Shown here piece by piece: positions 12,200-23,700 of a DNA stretch of 64,000 bases. Positions within the stretch are counted from its first letter, which is position 1; every line of letters begins with the position of its first letter. Under the pieces are notes generated by a model. The model saw only the letters and a program-made list of their open reading frames with translations, was not told the DNA's origin and searched no databases. A program made the position numbers and the translations under genes. The stretch is from Gordius albopunctatus (lineage: Eukaryota), in contig OZ193909.1 of NCBI GenBank assembly GCA_964276515.1, positions 21,266,001 to 21,330,000 on the forward strand, read 5' to 3'.

Positions 12200-14293
12200 T
12201 ATGTGTGCAGTCTGGAATGCAGAGGGACGATTGCTAAAGTAAATTAATTCCTAGCTATTTCGCCCCTTCCCTTTGCACAAAAAATTCTAATCGCAATTTG
12301 GCCAATGCGTATTTTTTCATTGCCCAATAGCGAGGTGACGGCCAAAAGCATATAGTATCAATGTTATTAATAAGTACACTTTCAAAATTGTGATATGCTA
12401 TGGGGCGTAAATATTAAAATGCTTTCGGATCGAGATCGCGTTGGTTTAAACAAATGCCGGGTCAAAAGCTATAAATAGCCTAAAACTTTAAAAAATTGGA
12501 ATTTAAAAGCTTGCTAGATAGATATTTGATTTAAATTAATAGGCGAAAAAGGTGCATCACCCTGCCAACTAAAGTCTGTCCTATACCGATCGCGCATCTC
12601 AAAAAAAGTAGTAATAGTCTTGAAACGCAATTTAAGAAATATGTCCCCGACGAAAATCTGTGGAAGCAAAGGCCTTGTAAGGTAGGGGCTGCGGTGAGAC
12701 ATATGTCCCCGACGAGAATCTGTGGAAGCAAAGGCCTTGTAAGGTAGGGGCTGCGGTGAGACATATGTCCCCGACGAGAATCTGTGGAAGCAAAGGCCTT
12801 GTAAGGTAGGGGCTGCGGTGAGACATATGTCCCCGACGAGAATCTGTGGAAGCAAAGGCTTTGTAAGGTAGGGGCTGCGGTGAGACATATGTCCCCGACG
12901 AGAATCTGTGGAAGCAAAGGCCTTGTAAGGTAGGGGCTGCGGTGAGACATATGTCCCCGACGAGAATCTGTGGAAGCAAAGGCCTTGTAAGGTAGGGGCT
13001 GCGGTGAGACATATGTCCCCGACGAGAATCTGTGGAAGCAAAGGCCTTGTAAGGTAGGGGCTGCGGTGAGACATATGTCCCCGACGAGAATCTGTGGAAG
13101 CAAAGGCCTTGTAAGGTAGGGGCTGCGGTGAGACATATGTCCCCGACGAGAATCTGTGGAAGCAAAGGCCTTGTAAGGTAGGGGCTGCGGTGAGACATAT
13201 GTCCCCGACGAGAATCTGTGGAAGCAAAGGCTTTGTAAGGTAGGGGCTGCGGTGAGACATATGTCCCCGACGAGAATCTGTGGAAGCAAAGGCCTTCTAA
13301 GGTAGGGGCTGCGGTGAGACATATGTCCCCGACGAGAATCTGTGGAAGCAAAGGCCTTGTAAGGTAGGGGCTGCGGTGAGAGGTGGGAAAAAAGAGCGCG
13401 CATTTCAAAGATTTCACAGGTGCTCAATCCAAAACATTTCGATTTACACTTTGGCCATTGCTCATTTTTTCCTCTTTGTCAGCAGACGGACAAAGAGCCT
13501 ATAATTATGATGGCAAAATATACGGAGAAAAATAATTTCAACTCACACGTTGCCCAGTGCTCATTTTTTCCAATGGTCAGCAGCCAGTAGACGGTTAAAA
13601 AGGCAATATTAATAATGATATTAACAAGATCAATATATTATCAATGCAAAATTTAGGTTAATAACAAAAAGCAAAATATTTTGCCCTCACCGAGGTTCGA
13701 ACTCATATTAGTGGGGGGGGGCAAAAGCCCCGCGGAGGAGGGAGGCGCAGTAATAGAGGCAACAAGTGTTCAAATAGGCGCGAAAAAAAATTTTAGATTC
13801 ACACTTTGGCCAATGATCATTTTTCTTATAGTCAGTAACCAGCGGACTGTTATTATTAATGTTATTACCAAGCAATATATATCTTATCAATGTTTGGTTA
13901 ATAGTAAAAAACTAAAGAAAAGCAAAAAATTTGCCCTCACCGAGGTAAGGAGTCATATCACTAGATATGTAGGCCCTCGTAAGGGAGCTCCTCAAGGTAT
14001 GGTACTCAGAGCATGGCTTAATCTAAATCCCAAGCTCGCAGTGGTAAACACGACGATATATGAAGTCGATTTGACGTAGGCATATCGGGGCAAAAACGAA
14101 AAAAGGCGGCAGATATTAAATAAAAAAATGAATGGAGCAACCAAAGGGGCAGGAGGTCGAAGCAGTGGTCAACACGACAAAAGCCTCGCCGAATCAGCAA
14201 AGAGGGGCCAAGAAAAAAAAGGGGATAAAAAAAGTGGGACTGGACAGTGGACAGTAAACAAATGCAAAGCGAGCACATAAATTGCATAACAAT
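12200..14293 (-). mobile_element. Long HINE/DINE-like non-autonomous Helentron element carrying a central tandem array; left boundary approximate
   Basis: The minus strand starts ttgttatgcaatttatgtgctcg followed by GTCC-type repeats, as in the element at 39081. Shares internal blocks (tttggccaatg..catttt at about 12297, 13450 and 13805; gttcgaacctcggtgagggcaa at 13681-13706) with it. Confidence 0.6.
12639..13381. repeat. Tandem array, 12 x 62 bp, near-identical units
   Basis: Unit atatgtccccgacgagaatctgtggaagcaaaggccttgtaaggtaggggctgcggtgagac; units start at 12639, 12701 ... 13321; only four substitutions noticed. Confidence 0.98.
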
Positions 14294-15329
14294 AATTAAT
14301 AATTTAAATCAAAGTGTAAATTTGCTTAATTTAACTTCAATTCAATTAAGGGGGGAGGGGAAAAACAATTTTTTCCTATTTTTAAAAGTGTTTCCATTAA
14401 AATCTTTTTGCCATTTAGGCAAGGGATGTTAATAAAGCGGTACCATATAATATTCAAATTGCAAGCGACGGCTCATCCATGCATATAATGTGTACCCCTT
14501 TTTCGCACTATTTTGATTATAACGTGATAAAGTAATGAGTATATAAATATTAGTAATTTTAAAAAAATAAATTAAAAATAATAATTGGGTAGGTATCAAA
14601 AACAGCACTGAAATAAATATCATCTACACAGAATAGCTGCTACACAAAGGCTAGAATAAGATTTGTGTCGCATGTCTTTTATCTCATTAAGTAAAGATGT
14701 GAAAAAAGCTGTACAGAAACATTAGAATCATAACACACCGATTAAACATTTGTATTTGTGCCATCTTTTTCTGAGATTTGTCTATTACACAATATAAATT
14801 TAGTTTCAATAGTTGATTCGTTAGTTGCAAATTACATGCTTAAGTAAGATATATAATAATAAAATATTCAGTTGTTGTAAATATTAATCTATAAAAACAT
14901 GTGCTGTAAAATGTGGTTAAAATAAAAAAATAGCGCAAAACACATTGTATAGTATAATACACCGGTCATTATCATCAAAAGAGAGGAAAACTCGACACCC
15001 AATTTACCATATGGAACATTTAACATGAGTAATCTATATAGTATACGATTTTAAGGGATGTGAGTAAAGCGGTACCATACATGCAAATGCTGAACAATAT
15101 TGAAGTTGACTTCTAATATTGTATAATTATGAATAATGAGACATGATTGTTTTTGGATGAAATATTAAAATACAGTCTACAGCTAATTTTGAATTGAAAT
15201 AAAGCCTATTTAACATAAAACAAGCTTCTTGTAGCATTCCAGTAAAAACAGAAATTTAATTGACTAAAATCACGACTTAATTATAAAAATAATAACGAAA
15301 GAATTCAAAAAAGGAAATTGTACTTACCC

Positions 15330-17060
15330 TTCTTCTTCTTTATCAGTTATTTGGTCCCATAGTCGTGGGATTTGTTTTAATAGGTTTCTTCCATCTTGAC
15401 CGGGTGAGTGCCATGTCTTGACTAATCTATTTTGCTTTCATGATTTCATCGACTTGCCCTTTACACGTGACACGGGGACGTCCTCTTCCTCACTTCCTCC
15501 CTACCCCCGTGTCCAGTACCATTCGATTTAGGTCATTCGTGTCCTTTCTTAGTATATGCCCAAACCACCTTAGCCGATTTTCATTAATCATGTCCACCAT
15601 AGGTTGAATACCCATTTTTGTCATGAAAAAGTCATTCGTCGTGTGGTCGAACTTAGTATACCTCAATCTCCACCCTATCATTTTCATCTCTGTGGCTTTT
15701 AATAGCTTTCGTTCCGTTTCACTTCCATAGAATAACACCGGTTTTACGATGGATATGTAAGCTTTGCTCTTCAACAATATTGGCATTTTCTTGTCACACG
15801 TTACACTGGATATACTTCGCAATTTAAGCTATTCTCTCTGAATCCTGGCATTGACTTCTGTTGCTCAACCTCCCTCTAAATGCAACATAGACCCGATGTA
15901 TGTAAACCTATCTACTTTTGGGTACTTTAGATGGTCATCCAGCGATGGGCTGCCTGTAACGTTCATTTCCATATATACCATTTTTCGATCGTTGACCTTT
16001 AAACCATATCCAGCTAAGCATTTATCACTTTTATACTTCTTCGAATACTTTCTCCTTTGTTTCATTGCAAAGTACTATATCATCGGCATAGAGCAAACAC
16101 CATGGCGATGGTTTTTGAAAGTCCCTCGTTATCGTGTCTATAATTATATTAAATAAAAAGGGACTTAAAGCAGAGCCTTGATGTAATCCAATATTAACCC
16201 GAAAAGGTTTAGAGTCTCCAACTGTCGTCCTAACGCAAGAGTTTGAGGCTTCATAGATATTTTTCATAAGCCGTATATATGCGTCAGGGATAATTTGTTT
16301 TCTCAGGCACCACCATATTAAATCGCGAGGGAACGTGCCATAAGCTTTCTCCAAGTCGATAAAAACCATATCTAGGTCTCTTCTCTTTTCACCATATTTA
16401 TTCATCATTTGTCTTGGCGCGAAGATTGGGTCGATTGTGGATTTGCCGGCTACAAATCCGAATTGAGGCGATATTTCCATCTCGTTTTTCAGCCTTATTA
16501 CAAAGATTTTTTCCATAAGCTTCAAGGAGTGAGTAGCGTGATACCTCTGTGCCACAGTCCAGAGGGCCTCATTTGCCTTTAAATAAGGGTACAATCGTGC
16601 TTGATCTCCATTGAGTAGGAATTCGCTCTTCTACCAATATCTTGTAAAAATTTTTGCAATCATCGTGACTCCTTCTTCACGGCATCCGAGCAATGCTTCC
16701 ATAGGTATCCCATCTGGGCCATTTTTCTTATTTTGCATATTGTTCATTTGTGTCCTAACTTAATAATGAGTTAGACCATACTTATGTTTGGCTTAATATC
16801 AAGAAGAGAATCTTGTCATTTGCTATATACACAAATTCCTTGAAATATCCTTTCCACTTTTCCATCACTTCCTTCGGGTTGAATAAGGTTTGACACTTCT
16901 CGTCTTTGACTAATTTAAGGACCCCGACATCGAAACGTTTCTTCTCCCTTCTCTTAGCCAATCTTTACGTATATCGCCCCTCTTATGGTCTATTTGTCTG
17001 CCATCTTGGTGTATGGGGCATTCCTAGCTTTTGCAATGGCCATTTCCGCTGCTCTCTTCA
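15330..17060 (-). mobile_element. Degenerate RTE-clade LINE (reverse transcriptase), frameshifted and 5' truncated
   Basis: ORF fragments with QFGFVAGKSTIDPIF, VFIDLEKAY, GLHQGSALSPFLF, LLYADDIVL, RLRWFGHILR and RGRPRVT; (GAA)n tail at about 15330-15340. Confidence 0.93.
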
Positions 17061-17721
17061 CCTCCTATATTTAAAATCCATAATAACCGTATTACTTTAA
17101 AAATATAACTTTAAAACATTGTCAAACATTATTATAAAATGTCACAGAAAGAAAATGACTAAATTAATCTCATTCCCGTTGTTTTATAACATTAAATTTT
17201 AAAATGCAATTTAAGTTGAGATAGAATATCGATGACATTGCAATTGATTTCTAAATCTTACAAACTGTGGTCATATTTTAGATATATAAATTCATATATA
17301 CATTTAGCTATTATATATAGTACAAAATTCAGTCTATATATGTAATAGATATCTTCAATAAAAAATGTATGATTAATTATTGTTTAGCGTCATATATTTT
17401 AGGAACAATTTCTAATCATGCTGGCAATAAAGCAAGCTTGCTTAGTAATTATAAACGAATAATTTTAAGTAATATTCTAGATCTTTGAACCTAAATCAGA
17501 CTAATTATGTAATTTAAAAAAATAGCTAATTATAATTTAAATAAAATATGTCTATTGTTACATCACAAATAAACCCTAATGTACTCTTAACTAATTGTTA
17601 AATTAAGTTAATTAGAATAGTTTTTCTTATAAAATGATCCAACGCTGCCTTTATTAGAATTTATCAATAAAGTCTTTTTTACAATATTAAAAATAATTAA
17701 ATATTTTCGGCTAGTTTGTGT

Positions 17722-17745
17722 AATCACGTGATTTAAAATGGCGAA
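17722..17745 (+). promoter_or_regulatory. Candidate BPTF promoter elements: palindromic E-box (AATCACGTGATT) and YY1/Pho-like AAAATGGCG
   Basis: Both motifs lie 40-65 bp upstream of the BPTF ATG in otherwise very AT-rich sequence. Confidence 0.45.
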
Positions 17746-17785
17746 TATTCAACTTTTATCGTGAATTTCATATTTATGCTAGGAA

Positions 17786-20700
17786 ATGCAAGCTAATGAA
17801 CGACGATCTCAAAGAGTTAAAGTATTACCCTTAAAATTTCAAACTTTAGATGAAGATTTATCCCAAAATAAATATAATCAAATATCTATAAAAAAGAAAT
17901 TTAACTTATCTAATCATGAAAAACCTTCGGTGGACATGAACGATCCTTCCAATCATACTATCGACGAAAATTCATCTCAGAATAATTATAATCCTCAAAA
18001 TTCTAGTCTGGACAATTTTTATCAAACTACCGAAATCATGGATAATAATGCTTCAATCGATTCCGATTCGAATGTCGATTCAAATGACCGAAATGAGAAG
18101 CATTCAATTCATTCACCTACTAATGTATTATCGAAAAACACAAAATCATCTTCTGCTGAAAATACTTTCCAAGGATATATTCCAACGGCTTCAGGATCAG
18201 AATCAAATGATGAAAATGAAGGATATTCAACTGCATCTACAACTTCTAGTTCTTATGGAGACGAACTTGAACAGGATAGTTTGGCTGATGAAACCCTAAC
18301 AGATTATCCAGAACTTGAGGATACTCTGAGCAAGGAAGAAGTTGAGGATGATACAGAATCTGTAAGTGATGCAAGTCAAAACAAATTGTTGGCTGTGAAT
18401 AAGTATGTATCCATCGAATTGGATGATTTCGCCACAAATGCACAAAAACAAGTGGGGAAATTGTTGTTGGATAAAAAGGTAATGCCAAATTTGATAATTC
18501 CAGATTCCTCTCAAGATCTTTTAATTGCTCCTCACCTATTGAACAATAATGCATCAAATGAACAAAAATCTGTCTTTATGTCAGTTATTGGTGTATATGA
18601 AATGTTGAGAAGATTTAGATCTGTTCTCAGATTGTCCCCCTTTAGGTTTGAAACATTTTGTGCCGCACTTACAAGTGAAGAATACAACAATTCGCTACTA
18701 TCAGAAATATTTATATCTCTTCTTAAAACTTTGTTAAGAGAAGATGATTTGAAAAACACTTGGTACGGTCCTCAAGACCTTAAAGATAGCATAAACATTA
18801 CTCTGTACTCTATTGATGCAGTCACCTGGCCTGAATTAGTTAAAATTTATTTGGTATGTGCCTACAATAGCAAAATGCTGTCACTTTCTGATGCAAATGA
18901 TAAACACATGGGCATGACAACTCAGGAATTTGAAGCATATTTAACTGATTTTCTCCCATCCTTTGACCATAAACTTAGGATCCTATCTTACCTCTGTGAC
19001 TTAGTGCTATCAACTAACGCCATTAGAAATGAGATGGCAAATGAAGGCATAATCAAGCATGATGATGTATGTCGAGTTTGTCATAAAGTTGGTACAGGTA
19101 TATTTTTATTACTGATTCCTATAATATATAACAAATATTTTTTAGGTGTTTTAATATGTTGTGAAACATGTTCTGCCGTATACCATCTTGGATGCTCAAC
19201 TCCTCCATTAGATGAATATCCAGAAGAAGATTGGGTTTGTTCCGTATGCAAAGCCCAGCAAATAGCTGGTGTAACTGATTGCATCCCACCAGTGGAAAAA
19301 AATGGTTTGCTAATTCGACATGAGCCCATTGGTGTTGATAGACATTCAAGGAAATATTGGTATCTATGTAGGAGGATTGTTGTGTAAGTTCATTTTATCC
19401 CATTTCTCATTTTAATGACTAGCTTCTTTTTGTTGTGTTAATTTGTAAATCATCATGTTATTCCTTTTTGTTTTTTTTTCACCAGAGAAGATGAGAATGG
19501 CAAAATATGGTATTACAGCTCCAGGGCCCAACTACATATTTTGATGCTTGTTTTAGATGGGAAAAAATATGAAAAAACTTTGGTTCACAATTTGAAATAT
19601 TTAATGCCAGAAATTGAGGCAGGCATGGATATAACTCAACGAATAACTAACCTTCTCAAAGTCAATAAGTTATCCTACTTTGACGTAGAGGAAGGTAATC
19701 TTATTAATTTTTTTGTTAGAAATATAGTTTATTGATCTATTTCTTTATAGTGCAATTAATGCAAGATACTACACATATAATATACTAATATATAAATTAA
19801 TTGTATTAATATATTATTACTTTCAAAGCCATCCTCTCCCAAGCCATTAAAGATTTTGAGGAGCTTCAGGAGAAGCAACGAGCTTCACAAGTTAGTTATA
19901 TATGGCTCACAAACTTTCATTAATTTAACATTTTTTAGAATAACGTTAATGATGAAGTTAGCAGTGAGCAGAACGATGAGAACGAAAAGCATACGATTGC
20001 TAATTCCTCCACGAAGGGAATATTGAGCGGAGATAAAAGTGAAAGCCAGAATGGGAAAGACAATGTAGATGATAATGTTTTAAATGATTTCAACAAAACT
20101 ATCATTCTTTCGTCCCTCTCCACAACCCTGACCAATCAATATAGCTCCAATTTGGGACTCTTATTTAGACTAGGTATGTTAAACTATCTTTTGTTTCAGA
20201 TGTTACTATTTCCCTTAAACTATGCAATTGAATATCTTAATTTCTGAACCATTTGATTTGTTTGTAAAATTTATAATTTGATTTACCAAAACATTTTCTT
20301 ATTATATTGAACCTAGAATGTACCTAAACACAAAGTATAATATTTTGCAACACTTTGGAGGTTTGTTAAACTAAATTTCCAAAACGTAAGAAGTTTCTAA
20401 TGTATATTGAATCTTTCAGATTAAAGAGTATCTATTAAAGCTACACACTATTTGCTAATATATGTGGAAATTGTTGTTAAATAGCTTTATAGACAATCTT
20501 TATTTATTTGTAATAACCCCAATCTAAATTACGTCTGTATTACATTTATGTAATTCGCTATTTTATTAAATTAAATTTTCATTATTTGTATGTATGTTTT
20601 TTCCAAATGTATTTTTTAAAATGTTTTTTAAGTTCAAATTTCACTCATATAAAAATATAGAATTGGAATGCTTCAAAAATTTTTATTTGTCGCACTAGGA

Positions 20701-23700
20701 GAGGAGATGGGTTTCAAATCGTACGTGAATCAGTATTCCCACAACGTTCTCGCCTTGAACAAGGCCCAACAAATGGAGGAGAGAGACAAGAGACGTTACC
20801 TCTCGAATAAATTCGCCCCCCTAGCCTCCACCCACACGGAATTTAAGTGGGCGGTCAGTCCGTACGGTAGCTCCTCCACCCTCGTCCCACTCCTCCGGTG
20901 CACCATGATTCAAATTGAAAACAAAATCTCGCCCGCCTTCATGCACGGGAGCTGGAAAATATACAGGTTCACCCTTTACACGGCGGGACATTTGGTTGAA
21001 TCTATCGACTGTACTTTTGTGAGTTGCTTCTACTTCTGGAATCGTTAAAATTTGGAAAAATGATCATTTTGTCGCTGCGTAAATCGTTGTTGCACCCTTG
21101 TACGCACATGTACATTGATTCCTTGGCATCATTTGTGTATTATTATTGTTATTAGTTTGGGGGCTAGAACAAACCCTTATTCACAATATTTCGCATTTCT
21201 TCCATTAATCTAACGCTCATTTCTCACACACTCTCTCTCCTCCTCCTCAGGGATAAATGGGTGAAAGCGATTCAGATGTGTACGCAAGTCAAAGATTTCG
21301 CCTTCGCCCTAGCCATATTCGAATGTGCAATCAGGCCCGCCGTTTTTAACAACGCCTGGCACGACGGCCTAGGTAAACTCAGTAATTACTACGCGATGCG
21401 CTATTTTTATTTGCCCAAAGGACGGCACAAAACATTTTGCCCAATTTGGAGCACACAGACGGACGGGCGGACATTTGCCAGATTGGCTTAACACTAAAAA
21501 ATAAGCCGTCTATTATGTGTATAAATGTTTTTGTACACGAGGAAAAAAATAATTTGTTAAATTATTTTCTGCTCCCTTTTCTTTCCCTTGATCCCCTGCC
21601 GTGTGAGACATAGGCATTAAGTTGATATTCTTGATTGGCCTTTACAAAGGGATATGTGCATTTGTTTCTACTCAACTAATAAATCCGTATATATCATGAG
21701 TGTTGTAAAAACGGCTGACCTTAAGTTTTAGCTGAAGCAGACCCCGCCGTTGTTACAACTCTAGCATATCTAGTTGCCTTTGCGCTGGGTAGAATCGTTT
21801 TGCTTAATTGTCGAATTATGCGTAGGTGTATCGCGTGATCTTTACTCATCTCAATCGAGCATTTTAAGATTTAAACCGCCTATGAATAATGCGAAGTTTT
21901 TGTTAAAAGTATGGGGGGGGGGCCTTTGAAATGGCTCTGGATAGTTTAAAGCCTTTTGAAAACGGCTAATGCTGCTCATCCCAGCTTATATCTCTGACCC
22001 CCCGACCCACGCTAGGCAACTCATCAATTACATTTCCCAAAAGAAATATATCGTTTTTGTTGTTGTTGTTGTAAAAACAATTCTAACTCACACACACACA
22101 CACACATATGCCTTAGGTCATACCAGACTTCGTTTTTACACGCAAACCGAACGAGAAGAGAGCAAGAGGTTGCGACACTTGAAGGAAGGCGGTCCTCTCT
22201 CTTCCACACACCGTCCCGACGAGGACGAACCCTGCAACCAGACCACTTGGATCAAGTATTCCAAATTTCCCCGAGGATTGCCCCACAGCGTGAGTGCCAT
22301 CAAATCTTTTAGCAGCACCTTCGGAGTAGTTGTGTGACCAAAACTTTTTTGCTGCTTTCTTCCGACACCTCTAGGCTTAATCGAAATTTTAATAGCATAA
22401 CGGAGTCGGCCCTTCGTCTTAGGGCCCCCGTCTTAATATGGGATTCAGATTCAAACGGCGCCAATTTATCTTTATCATGTGTCAAACTCGGTTGTATGTA
22501 ATTTTTAATATACTATGTTTTTTGATAGTTAAAACCGTTTTTTTATATTTATTTGAACTCTTGAGATTAATCGCTGTTATATGTTATGCATCGTCTGACA
22601 TGTAAATCTGCTGCTGTGAATTCGAAGTTTAGACACGGGGCTATGTTATAACCCGTACAACTATTTTTGCTGCGCGGCAAAATCCGATATTAAGACGCGC
22701 CCTTAGTCGAATAATAATTAAAGATGGAGGTCGGCTAAACATAAAAAGGCAAAAAAATGGCGTCGCCGCCTGGGCTTGGCCGGAGAGGGAAATACAGACC
22801 AGGGTGGGCCGTTAGTCTTAGTTGTAAAAAGGGCTGGGGGGTTTACTGCTGGGCTCTACCTTTGGTTCTCAACTTTGGTCTCTTTTTCAAATTTTGACTA
22901 ATCCTAGCGGTCTGTCTCTGTTTAGTCGACCAAATGAAACCCTACCGTTTTTACAACACTAGCATAATATGTTATACCGAGTCCATGATGGTACTGCCAT
23001 AGCTTATGTTGTGTAAAGATCCAACTCTAAACTTATTTTTAATTTCATAAAAAACCTCCTTTTGACCATTGAGAGCTCGCAGCTCGAAAAATAGTGAACT
23101 TTCAGAATTTGATAATATATTTTCATGAGTTTCACCAAGTTTCATGAAAATTAAATGTAGTCGGGCGAAAAGGACATAAATACCCCATTTTTATAGCTTT
23201 GATTATAATTTATTATATTTATTTGATATAGTGTCATGAATTTTCAAACATTATTAAATAGGTTTAAAATATATTTCTGGGTCGCTTTTAGGTTTGGAAA
23301 ATGAAGGGCGAAGAATACAGGCTGACCGGTCAACACGGTTGGACTTGGGTTTCTTGTGCCCGTTTATCAACCGCAAGGCTCCCCCTCAAGTACAAAGGTC
23401 ACTTCAAATTCCCTTTAATTTCCACAATGTATTGAGATTTAGGAATTAATTTTAATTTCATTTACTATACTAAAAATTATTTTAAACGGGTGTTCTAGTA
23501 AAATATGTTAGTTACTTAGTTCTCCACTTAAGCCAATAGCTTTTTTTTGATAAAGGCTCCTGATTTGTTCCGGTATTCGCAATAATTTAAGAAGTTATTT
23601 TGCGATTTACAGTTAAAAAGGACACGACCGAAGAAATAAAAGTGAGGGACGGCTCGGAAGAGATGGGGCTGATTGATATGAGCGCCGCGCTTTCCGCTCA

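Noticed and set aside
12690..12720. Hammerhead or twister ribozyme within the 62-bp unit (GAGACATATGTC, CCGACGA)
   Set aside because: Core positions are mismatched, only one base separates the putative cleavage site from the core so helix I cannot form, and twister pseudoknot pairings were not found.
12639..13381. CRISPR array
   Set aside because: Units are contiguous and near-identical with no unique spacers, there are no cas genes, and the context is eukaryotic.
12514..13427. Three overlapping minus-strand ORFs of 248-298 aa
   Set aside because: Artefact of a stop-free 62-bp unit cycling through the frames; no independent coding evidence.
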